Notes under the pieces: generated by a model | Database searches by the model: none | What the model was told of the DNA's origin: nothing | What the model saw: only the letters and a program-made list of their open reading frames with translations | Source: Lama glama | Lineage: Eukaryota | Direction: 5' to 3' | Assembly (NCBI GenBank): GCA_028534125.1 | Contig: CM052816.1 | Coordinates: 29,886,001-29,950,000, forward strand | DNA: 64,000 nt | In this document: positions 1 through 11,045 of the stretch, in pieces | How positions within the stretch are numbered: the stretch's first letter is position 1 | How the letters are laid out: each line of letters opens with the position of its first letter | Translations under genes and position numbers: made by a program

Positions 1-556
1 TAGCCAAATTTGAAAGTAATGGTACACCTTACCTTTTCATGACTGAACAATAGGCGCTTCATAATTGTCTGCTAGGCACCCAAGGCTGGGCTCCCACAGA
101 TGTGGTGGGGGCCGTGCGCTTACTGCTTGCAGTACATCAATTTGACACATTGGTTATTTGCTTCCTCCACTCTGCTAACCACAGTGGATCTCAGCCTTTA
201 TATGTGAAACCAAGAGAAGTGACTGGAGATGAAAATGAATATTAATAATCTATTGCAAAGGTGGCCGCTGGCTGTAATTCATTCTGAGTAATGCTGGTAA
301 GGACTCTGAACACATGGCTGAGAGTCTTCAGACATATGAATGATCCTCTCACACAGAAGCAGCTGGGTGCATCTGTACCCCCTGCAAGCTTCACTGTGTG
401 TGTGTCTACATCTTCTATAGACATCATTTTCTTATAAGCATCCTATCAATTGGGACTAGATCATAGTTCTGTCATAGAGACAGATTTTTGTGTGCGGTGG
501 TATCACTCATGTACCACGGATGGCAGTATGTTTTAAATAAAGGCCTGCTAATTCTT

Positions 557-666
557 TAATATATTTTTATTGGAGTATAGTCAGTTTACAATGTTGTGTC
601 AATTTATGGTGTACAGCACCATGCTTCAGTTATATAGGAACATACATATATTCGTTTTTATATTCT
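557..666 (-). mobile_element. Severely 5'-truncated L1 3' end (~110 bp) with perfect 17-bp TSD
   Basis: 'ttttattggagtatagtcagtttacaatgttgtgtcaattt...ggtgtacagca' is the reverse complement of an L1 3' terminus. It is flanked by identical aaggcctgctaattctt at 540-556 and 667-683. Confidence 0.9.
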
Positions 667-1307
667 AAGGCCTGCTAATTCTTGACATTATCCTTATTTT
701 GTAGGTAAGTTGGAAGTTGTGTGGAAATAGTGCAGATCATTATTTTATATATATATTTACATATACACCCAACTTGCATGCTTGGGGAAAAAAGCACTAG
801 CTTCTTTTTTTCTGAGGTTGCATCCAGAGATCAGGAAAGAAAAGTAGAAATGTGCTCAGGTTATTAGCAAAGACATAGATGCAGTGGCAGTGGGAATTTA
901 ATTGGGGAAGAGGACTGTAGGATGCGTTGGGACGGTCAGCTGTCAGAAGATCTGGATGGGATGTAGGCAGAGAGAGGACTGTCCTCGCAGTGTCTCACGG
1001 CCCCGGGGAAGTCATGTACCCTCCTGTCTCTTTTGTGCAGAGTTGGCAATTGTTTTTCTTCAACGCAAGAGGGAAACGTGTGGAACAGAAAGATGGAGCC
1101 ATGCAGGTACAAGCAAGAGGGAGAAATCTGAAAGCAAATCTTTGCAGGTTTTTAAAGGCCCAAGAAAACTCTGCTGAAGGGCTGGTCCTGAGTTTGTGTG
1201 GTAGACAGCTCGAGGCCCTAAGGAAATTCCCATCCTCGGCCAGAGAGCAGGTAACAGTAATGATAAAAATGACAAAGATAGTGGCAGCCACAGTGATTGT
1301 ACGGACA

Positions 1308-1481
1308 GCCTGCATTTACAGAGCAGTTTCTAGGTGTAGGTTACTGTGCTGAGCATTTGACATGCATGATCTTATTTAATACAGTAGTCACAGAAAGATT
1401 GTATTATCACACCCATTTTACAAATGAGGAAGTCAAAGTCAACAGAGGTTAAATCACTTGCTTAAGGTCATACAACTAGTA
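1308..1481 (-). mobile_element. MIR SINE
   Basis: MIR core in reverse: 'cccattttacaaatgaggaa...agaggttaaatcacttgcttaaggtcatacaactagt'. Confidence 0.85.
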
Positions 1482-1584
1482 TTAAAAGTAAGTTAAATAT
1501 AATCAAAAGGGGAACCGTATTGCTCTTAGGTGTTTGTAGCTCTGAAGTTTTTTTCTTTTTTTTCTGGAGGAGTAAAATTATGAT

Positions 1585-1748
1585 TCTCATTCTTGGCTAT
1601 GCTTTGGAATCACTGAGGAGCTTTCAAAACTGGTGCCTGATCCTACCTCCCGGACATATTGTTCCATTGATCTGAGGTGTGACTTGGGAGTTTCACAAGC
1701 TCCCTAGGAGATTCTGATATGGTGACTAGTTTTGAAAATCCTGGCTCT
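1585..1748. mobile_element. MER5-like hAT-Charlie MITE
   Basis: 'ttggaatcactgaggagctttcaaaa...tttcacaagctccctaggagattctgat...tttgaaaatcctg' resembles the MER5A consensus. Confidence 0.7.
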
Positions 1749-2415
1749 CAAGTAGATTCTCTTCTGTTTTCTCCAGACTTTCATCTGAGTTCATCATTTA
1801 ATTTAGCCATAATTTGTGAGCGTTTTATTTATTATCTGACACCTTGTTTTGTCTGCCCTCCTTGCAGAACATAGCTCTGTAAAGGCACAAACCATGTCCA
1901 TCTTATCCACCCCTGAATCTTCAGAGTCTGTGCTGGATAAATAAAAATGAATATGTACCATCTCTCTGTAAAAATAGTTAATCACCAATCAGAAAGTATC
2001 CATGCTTCGGTTTTTAAAGCAGTGTTTAGCACTTTTATTGAAATAGTAATTTACTTAAGGTGTGAGGGCTGCTGGCAATTTCTCCTTATAAGTGACCACA
2101 GAATACAGGCAGGTGGAGGAGGAAGTGAGGAGGAAAAGAAAGAACAAGAGTCCAGTGGGGTCAGTGGTGTGGAACTGTGCTTCTAAGAGGAATATTCTTC
2201 ACACAAGGATTTTGCAGGATGAGAAGTGAGCTTTTCTTTTGTTTAAAATGACATTTTAAACTTCAGTCTAAGTTTTGGTTCAAACTGTCTAAATTAATGT
2301 AACCTTGGAACCTTGATGGAGACTGCAGGATGGAGAAGATAACCCGGATAGGGAACCTTTGGTTTACCCAGTGCTGCAGGAAAGGAATCTGCTTTTGCAA
2401 GGTGCAGGCTGGCGT

Positions 2416-2442
2416 GGGCTGGGCTGGGCTGGGCTGGGCTGG
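2416..2442 (+). repeat. (GGGCT)n pentanucleotide repeat
   Basis: tgggctgggctgggctgggctgggctgg. Confidence 0.9.
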
Positions 2443-2921
2443 ACTCTGCAGGGGATCATCAGAAGCAAGGCTCCGTGTGTACTTTAGCTCTGGGCTATAA
2501 GATTAATACAACCAAAAGGCATCCTTCAACCTGGAGAATAATTCAGGCCCCAACAGCTCATCAATCTGCTATTGCTTTGCAGAGCAAAAATTTAATACAT
2601 AATAAATAATTTTTCGCTGCCTCAGAAGGAATGAAAATTTCTTTGTAAAAGTATTTCCTATTTTAAGGTTAAACATCATCCCACCGTTAATGCTTGATCA
2701 TACACTTAATTTGAAATCCACATACTGAAGATTTAAACTGAAATTTTACCCATAAAATTAAATGATTAACTTGGTAAGTTGTGGCCTCTGCATGTAGTTC
2801 TAATATTTACAAAGATGCAAGGATGTGGGGGAGAAGTTGGAAGTAAAGTTGAGTGGGAACACATTGAGTCAGGGTATGTGTTTATATCATTAGTGTCATG
2901 GACTATGCTAAATTTTATTTA

Positions 2922-3125
2922 ATAGGCATTTTCATAATACTTAGTATATACTAGACACTGTTATGAGCACATTACAAATATTAACTCATTAAATCATCAT
3001 ATTCCATCTAGGAAGTCGATATACTATTGTTATCATCTCTATTGCAAACAAGGAACCAAGGCACAGAGAGGTTAAGTAACTTTTTGAAGATCACACAGCC
3101 CATAAGTGATAGAGCCAGGATAGAC
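2922..3125 (-). mobile_element. MIR SINE
   Basis: 'attaactcattaaatcatcat...ggaaccaaggcacagagaggttaagtaact...gatcacacagc'. Confidence 0.85.
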
Positions 3126-4170
3126 ACCCAGCAATAGGAAGGTGAAGTGTATCTGGTGGGTTTCCATCACCAGCTGTAAGGGCTAGTGATGACCGAGCAG
3201 ATGGAGGCTGAAACAGTATGGGAGAAAGGGGTGCATACAGTATGCGTGTGTTACACCGGCAGTGCCCAGTGAGCACCTGCAATAGTGGGAGAACCAAGAT
3301 GCATGATCCTAATGCCAGGTGGCATTGCTATTTGAGGCACATATACTTGTGGGGACTGTGAACCCTGGATGGGCCTTATTGTGACAACTTGCCGGTTGGA
3401 AATGTCCACAGGTAGTAATCTATGCCTATCCCAGCTGACAGACATTTTTGCATTATATACATGTCTTTAGGTCTAATAGAAGCGTCAGATGTCATAAATT
3501 AAAATACATATGATTAAGTAGTTTTTTAAGCTGTGGTTAATCAGATCATGACAGAGTTAAATGAACAGATTTTAAACCCTTATTAATGTTTCTAATGCTA
3601 AGCATTTACTGTTAAAAATCAATATTTTTCCCAAAGTAATGACTCAAGATGCTGGATTATATCATTTAAGCATGAAACTTTCTGTGATAAATATGCTTTG
3701 GGAAATGATCTCACATCTAACGTTCCTTTTAGGGAAAGTGGAAAATTTAAAGCATTTGGACAAAACCACATATAACTTATTTTATCTAGAAATAATTTTT
3801 TCAATAATAAATATGCATTTAAAACATTGTAAAAGTATAAATTCTGTAATACTGTACAAATTCTAAGAAGGCAAGAAAATAATTGTTAATCAACTGTTGG
3901 ATTAATGTTTATTATAACTAGTAGTTTGTATTTAGAATTGTCAAAATTGTGATAGAGCTGTGCATTTTATACACTGTAGTACTTTCGGGTTTTCTCATAT
4001 AAGTAATATATCAGCATTAATGGGAATGTCCTTTTAATATGGAACTTAACAATTTTGTTGTTCTTTCCATTCTTTGTTTCCTTAACAAGGTCTAAAGTAT
4101 GAATTCTTCCTGCCTTCGAGGAAGGGTGACCTTGGAAAGTTTGCTTAGTTGTAAGAATGAAGAGTATTGT

Positions 4171-4315
4171 GGGGGAGGGTATAGCTCAGTGGTACAGTGT
4201 GCGCTTAGCATGCACGGTGTCCGGAGCTCAATCCCCAGGACCTCCATTTAAATAAATAAATAAATAAACAAACCGAATTACCTCCCCCAAATTCCTCTCC
4301 CTCAAAAAAAAAAAA
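4171..4315 (+). mobile_element. Camelid-type tRNA-derived SINE
   Basis: tRNA-like head 'gggggagggtatagctcagtggtacagtg...tcaatcccc' with A/B-box-like motifs, (TAAA)n spacer, 'aattacctccccc' and polyA tail. A second copy lies at 25546-25672. Confidence 0.9.
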
Positions 4316-4324
4316 TGATGGGTC

Positions 4325-4570
4325 TGAGAATTAAGAGTGTGAACTCTAGAGACAGACTCATATGAATTCAAATCCTGACTCTAGCACTTAGCTGCTTGGT
4401 CTTGGGCAAATAATTTCATTTTTGCGTGCCACGGTTTCCTAATCTATAAAAGGGGACTGAGCATTATACCAACCTCCAGTAGACATGGGAATTAAATGAG
4501 TTAACATATACAGCAATTAGGACAATGCACACATACAGTAAATGTTCAGTTAACATTGGATATTATCATT
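4325..4570 (+). mobile_element. MIR SINE
   Basis: 'ttcaaatcctgactctagcacttagct...cttgggcaaa...gtttcctaatctataaaa...attaaatgagttaac'. Confidence 0.85.
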
Positions 4571-5002
4571 AGTCAAAAGCCAATGACTACTAATAACTTT
4601 TGACCTATGATTGTATCTCAAGTTATTTGACTCAAGATCTTTGAATGATGTGCTTTCCAGGCCCACTGCCAAAGGCTAGAGAGGGAGAATTATAACAGCT
4701 CCCGCTTGTTGAGTGTTTACTGTGCGTCAGGCTCTTTTCCAGGCACTTTACATGTACTCTTTTAGTATGTCAAGAAGAAAGAAGAAAAAGGAATTAATAT
4801 CTAATGTCTTAGATAACATGATGGAGAAGAAGGCTGCTTATGTCTCCAAGATCCCCTGAGCTGGTGTGAGAAACCGCTGGTCCTGGTCAGGGAATGGCCT
4901 TGGGTCTGGCTTTCTAGCAGCACAGCCCTGAGTGGAATGGTTCATTGGTGCGTCTGTGCCCGTGAGGGCATAGACACTTTTGTAAAAGGTTCCTGATGGA
5001 AA

Positions 5003-6132
5003 ATAAAAGCAAGAATAAACATATGGGACCTAATTAAACTTACAAGCTTCTGCAAAGCAAAGGAAACCATAAGTAAAACAAAATGACAACCTACGGAATG
5101 GGAAAAAATTTTTGCAAATAAAACCGACAAAGGCTTGATCTCCAGAATATATAAGCAGCTCATACGACTTAATAAGAAACAACCAAACAACCTAATCCAA
5201 AAATGGGCAAAAGACCTAAACGAGCAATTCTCCAAGGAGGAAATACAAATGATCAATAGGCACATGAAAATATACTCAATATCACTAATTATCAGAGAAA
5301 TGCAAATCAAAACTGCAATGAGGTATCAACCTCACACCAGTCAGAATGGCCATCATTCAAAAGTCCACAAATGACAAATGCTGGAGAGGCTGTGTAGAAA
5401 AAGCAACCCTCCAACACGGCTGGTGGGAATGCAGTTTGGTGCAGCCACTGTGGAAAACAGTATGGAGATTCCTCAAGAGACTAGGAATAGACTTATACCA
5501 TATGACTCAGAAATCCCACTTCTGGGCATATATCCAGAAGGAACCCTACTTCAAAATGACACCTGCACCTCAATGTTCCTAACAGCACTATTTACAATAG
5601 CCAAGACATAGAAACAGCCTAAATGTCCATCAGCAGATGACTGGATGAAGAAGATGTGGTATATTTATACAATGGAATACTACTCAGCCATAAAAACCAA
5701 CAACATAACGCCATTTGCAGCAACATGGGTGTTCCTGGAGAATGTCATTCTAAGTGACATAAGCCAGAAAGAGAAAGAAAAATACCATATGAGATCGCTC
5801 ATGTGAAATCTAAAAACAACAAACAAACAAACAAAAAACCCATAAATATAAAACAGAAACACTCATAGACATGGAATACAAACTTGTGGTTGCTAAGGGG
5901 GCGAGGGGTGGAAAGGGACAGACTGGGATTTCAAAATGTAGAATAGATAAACAAGATTATACTGTATAGCACAGGGAAATATATACAAGATTTTATGGTA
6001 GCTTACAACAAAAAAAAAAGTGACAATAAATATATATATGTTCACGTATAACTGAAAAATTGTGCTCTGCACTGGAATTTGACACAATATTGTAAAATGA
6101 CTACAACTCAATAAAAAATGTTTTTAAAAAAA
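5003..6132 (+). mobile_element. 5'-truncated young L1 (ORF2 C-terminus remnants plus 3' UTR)
   Basis: Track ORFs give frameshifted L1 ORF2 C-terminal motifs ([45 protein letters not shown]). The L1 AATAAA is at 6110-6115, followed by an A-rich tail. Confidence 0.95.
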
Positions 6133-6411
6133 GGAAAAAGTGAGATGAAAATTCTAGCTACAGTGAGACTGAAAATGGCTACAAACCTCAAGCTACAGTT
6201 TGTCAAAAATGCCTATCAAATACTATGCCAACTGGATTAAATCAAGGTAGACCCGAAAACTGAGTACAATGTTTCACAGTTCAAATATCATGTGTATTTC
6301 CCTAAAAGATATGTATAGGACTTTGAGCACCTAATTTTTAATCCTTTTCTTGGAAAAATTAGGTGGAGGATGGGATAGGAAAACCAATAAAATAGTTGAC
6401 AATTAAAAAAG
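6133..6411 (+). other. Putative L1 3'-transduced segment
   Basis: Non-L1 DNA between the L1 tail and a second AATAAA (6386-6391) plus A-tail. It is enclosed by TSD aaaagRttcctgatggaaa at 4984-5002 and 6412-6430. Confidence 0.8.
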
Positions 6412-8064
6412 AAAAGATTCCTGATGGAAAGATTTCCATCATGGAATTATCAAAGGGCGGTCAAAGTAAGGTCCCTTTTCCAACTTGAGCCTTGCCCTGC
6501 AGGTTGGACGGCTGTCACTAGAGGGTGCACTGCCCACGCTGGCACGTGAGGACTAGGCAAGCTCTCCTTTCCATGGACAACTCCGCAAGCTTTCACTTTG
6601 AAATCTAGAGCAGCCCTTCCATGAGGAGGTATCTCCCCAGCACAGACTCCCCATATGTGCATCCGCCCTCCTCTCACAGCCCTCCAGCAGGCACACCTCT
6701 GAGATCAGGAACGGTGGTGGGGCCGTGATCATGCAGACGGGTGAGAGGGCCTTACTGTGGCGCTGAACCGAAGCCTCCTAAAACTTCCTGAGCTCTAACA
6801 GTGATTAATGATCCCTACATCGCATTAATATTTGGTATATATCGTGCTTATTTCAGAGATTTTTAAAAGGAATGCTTTATCCTGTAGCAAGACAGAAGAG
6901 GTATAGTTTCTACGTATATTTCCCTAAATCTGTATGAACTTAGGCAAGCCATTTACTGTTACCCATTTTTCATCATGCTTGGATTTTAAGATGATGTAAA
7001 AAATTTCTGCCAGTTACGACTTAGAACTCATTTTGATGACTTTGAATGCTTACAGAAGATCATGCTTCCAGAAGATCTTTGAAGCAAGATTATAATATCG
7101 GGCTCTGCCTTGCAGATTGACAGGAATGAGGGCTGATAAAAGGAGAGAAGCTCTTGGAGCAGACTTTGGGGACAAGGGTGACAAGTTTGTCAAAGAAAGA
7201 AAAACAGTAAGATGGAGAGGAGAGACAAGATGGTGACTGGTGGAGAAAGTAATTACTCTGTGGTGATGTCAGGTGGGGGTTTGGAAATCTTCGTGTTTGG
7301 GGTACATTTGCAGGCTGACTTTTTGTGGACTAAATATCTGACAGCTTATTTCTGATTTCCTTAGGTTATTTTATCTTCTTAACCCCGAGGACTTAAAGAA
7401 GAATAGAAACTATGCATTAGGTTCCTGGGCCAAAGGGAAAAGACAGAAGGAGTTGCAGCAAGTTTCTTAGCCTCCTGGTCCCCAGTGCTGGGCTCCAGGA
7501 TGTAGTAGTTCAGAAATCCAGGCGTACTTTCTTTAGGGAGGATTGTGGCTTAGAGTGAGGAGATGTTAATCACTCCTTGTGGACCCTGGTTATAGCTGTA
7601 TGAGTGGCACGTACAATTGTGACCTTGAAGAGAACTGAGGAGCAGAACTGGGTCTTGGGGGACAGAGACACACGAGCTGCAGCAGTTGTGAGTCTCCCTG
7701 CTTCTGTGCCGCAGAGTGAACCATCTTCTCCCTGGTTTCTCTTCCTTACAGCATCAAAAGTGGGAAATGACCTATCATTGGCTTATTTCTTCCTCAGACT
7801 CATAAAATGGAGAATGTATCTAATTACTTTCTCTTGCATAGGGATACAATTTTTAATACATTTAAAAAGTACTTTTTTTTTTGGTTTGGTTTCAGTGCAT
7901 CACACTAGAAAGTTATCTTTTGATATATTCTCATTTTTTTAGATTTTTCACGTTGTCAAAGAACTTTTTTTTTTTTTAAAGGAGGAAATAAAAAAAATCT
8001 GTAGAGGGATGTTTTCTTGCCTAGGCTGAAATCTCTTATATTTTCTTACTCTAAACTTCTGAGA

Positions 8065-8592
8065 CAGTTTTTCAAACGTGTCAGGTCATGGTGACCTTAG
8101 TGTTCCAGTGCATTTCTTATGGCACACCTTGGCCAAAGAAATACCGAGCAGTTCTGTTTATTAATTAGTTAGGTTCAGACATCTTGAGTATTTATACGCA
8201 ACAGCTTAATGGACATCTGAAAAAGTAATACACATGAACTGAATTTTTTAAAAAATTCTTAAATAACCACAATTACTTATTAATGGGATGTGTGTCTCTG
8301 TTGGGCACTTCCCAGTTTCCCAGACTTTGGAGTCAGATTGAACCTCCTGCACTTCCTGTTCCATATTTGTTTTCTGAAATACTTGCTTTTTATCACAGCA
8401 GCCACCCCAAACTTAGCTTTGCAGAGATGTGACCATCATTGAAAGGAATATGGTGTGATCTAATGTTGAAACTATCTCTAGCCAGGAGTTTGTGCTGTCT
8501 CAAATAAGTCAAATATTGTATTTTTTTTCCTCAAAACTTTAAAACAACTGAGAACACTGTAGTGTCTTGGTGCACAGCTTGGGAACTGACTC
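8065..8592 (-). mobile_element. hAT-Charlie non-autonomous element (MER119-like)
   Basis: TIR-like ends 'cagtttttcaaac' and 'gcacagcttgggaactg'. Internal 'ctttgcagagatgtgaccatcattgaaaggaatatggtgtgatctaatgttgaaact' matches my recall of Charlie-derived MITEs. Confidence 0.6.
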
Positions 8593-9130
8593 TAAGATTA
8601 GGTAATGGAACTTAATGATTGGATTTTAAGAAATTCCACCATAGCAGAGGGTTAAGCTGCTAACAATGTCTTCATTGCCTGTCGCTATCCAGTTGGTGGG
8701 AAGAGAAATTGCGATCTGAGCCACCAGGAAGGCAGGTGTGGAACTAGCAGGGGAAAATGTTGATGGCTACCTTGAAAAGGAGCTGAGAGAAAATTCTTGG
8801 CTTATTCTGACTCAGGGAATCCCCTGAAAGTCCTAGGAAGACAGAGCCAAGTTCACTCCAAGGTGTCCAGCCTCTGAGGCTGCTGGTGAGGTGCATGGGT
8901 TTCATACAAGTAAAGGGCCTGGATAATCTCCGTGCGTATAGAGCTTCACCATGTAATGCTTGGTATGTGCGTTATGCAAAATTTCATGTTACGTAAACTC
9001 ACTGAAGTCTGTGTTTGGTTCTCTCCCCCGCATTTCATAAAAACTCAAGTGTAGACAAAGGGGGCAATATGCTGTCAGCGCTCCTTCTGGAATTCAGGTG
9101 TTATATTTATTAATACTTGCTGTTTTAAGA

Positions 9131-9395
9131 CAGCATTTTCCGAAGTGTATTCCATGGGAGTTAACTGATGCTCCTTGAAATGATGTTCTGTAGTTTATGT
9201 TTGGTGAATATTGCATTAAAACAAGTTAAGCAGGACTTCGTAGAGCCTTTAAATGATAGTGGCCTTTCTCAAGCTTCAAGAGGAGAAATAACAGCAGTAA
9301 ATGTTCCCCAAGATTAGTTGTTCAAGGAAACTTCTGTAGTTAAAGAAACATCTTATGATACTCATATTTCATAGAATATCCTTGGGGGAAAGTAG
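9131..9395. mobile_element. Degenerate hAT-Charlie MITE
   Basis: Starts 'cagcattttccgaagtgtattccatgg' and ends 'catagaatatccttgggggaaa', giving imperfect terminal inverted repeats. Confidence 0.45.
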
Positions 9396-10849
9396 CTCCA
9401 AAGGATCTATTTAACCTGCATTTTACAAAACTAATATTGGAATAGACATGTGTTGGTCTGGTCTCTGATCAATCTGATCATGCCTCCTAGGTAGGCTTAC
9501 ACTGGCAGCTGTGACATTGTGTCTATGGGAGCGTGCAGCGTGTTCCAGGGCTGTTTTCTCATGCTGGCTGTCTATAATGCACGATGGTTAAAGTCTGGAT
9601 CATCTGTAGAGTACTATTGGGTTTTCAATATACAGCTAATGCTGAGTGATGTTTGTAGCACAATCCAGAATTTATTGACAATCTCCTTACAGGTGAACGC
9701 TTTTCTAGTTATTAGGGTGTAACAATGCATGTTTATTTCCAGGAATCTGTTAACTTAACCATTCAGTTCAAGTTAGCATTAGAATGGGGCAGGCCTTTCC
9801 CCGCAGGGATAGTTCTGCACACTTGGTGCCATGGGGTGGGGTGGGGGGTATAGGAAAATGTGTGCCCTGCTCAGAGGAAGCCCGTTCTACAGAAGACAGA
9901 TAGGGCTGAGCCTCGCACGCTTCCGTGCTCCCCCAGTTCACCTGCTGCTAGGAGCAGTGTGGGTCTGGGGTCAGGGGTTACACTGATTCACACCCTTAGG
10001 AGGAGGGAAACGTCAGGAGGAGGGAAAAAATATGTCCAGTAACATCTGAGCGTTAGTGGGACAGACACAGGGAGTCCCTGTTTGATGCTGAGACCATCAT
10101 GTTACTGTTAAAAAAAACTTCCTATTCATGATCCAATGTATTTTCAAGCATTATGTTTTGAAAGCTTGCTTTCTCAATTCCAGACTTAGAGAAAGCTGTT
10201 GTGTATTTACTCTTTCATTTATGATAGAGAGTGAAGACCTACTCAGTCTAAGTCAGAAAAAGAACAAGCTCTTGCTGCAAACAACTGAGATGAAAGGGAG
10301 TGAAAGGATTGCCTTGTACTTATAAAATGCTATCATGAGATTTCATGTTAACGATGATCAGGTCATACTGTTTGGCTTCTGTGTTCCTCTTTCCCATGGA
10401 AAGGATGTCCAGCCTCGTGTTGACAGAAGATCTGGTGCAGAGCACAGTACTCTACTAACACAGGGTTAGAAACAGTGTTTGTTACTAGCTGCCAAGACTT
10501 AGTAACAAAACTAAAAGTCGTCCACATATTTGTATTTCTTTATATCTTGTTTTAATTGGATATCTTTAAAAATATAGAGAGACTAAGAATACTGCTCAGA
10601 ATAAATTTTAGTGGGTTTAATATTGAGGCTCTTATTATTATTTTTTAGGTAAAAAGGACTATTGAGTAGCAAAAGCACCCCTTCTCCTTTTTCTTCAGTT
10701 CACTATACTTAGGGCTGTACTGAGGATATAAATTTTGATGCTGTAACCATGCACTCTTCCTCTTTCTGAGGGTTGCATATTCAAATAATGGACAAAATAT
10801 CTAAGAAAAAATAGGTATCTTCTTGAGGGCAGGGTTTTCTGTCTCAAAC

Positions 10850-11045
10850 ATGTATAATTAAAAATTATATATAAAAGAAAACATATGTCTGTATAATGGG
10901 AGTATCAGTTTAAAGAAATTAAAATATATATACAAATATATAAATGTGTTTATATATGTAATATATATAAATATAGCCATGATTTTATTTCTGGATATAT
11001 CTAGATTTATATAAATCTAGGGATTTCTTAAATATTTTATTTAAA
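10850..11045. repeat. AT-rich low-complexity / (TA)n-like tract
   Basis: Runs of tatatata and ataaat. Confidence 0.7.

Noticed and set aside
4171..4245. tRNA-like sequence (ggtatagctcagtgg...tcaatcccc)
   Set aside because: It is the head of a SINE, followed by (TAAA)n, a tail and polyA, with a second copy at 25.6 kb. It is not a tRNA gene.
4942..6111. ORFs on both strands with protein-like composition
   Set aside because: These are frameshifted L1 ORF2 remnants and their antisense frames.
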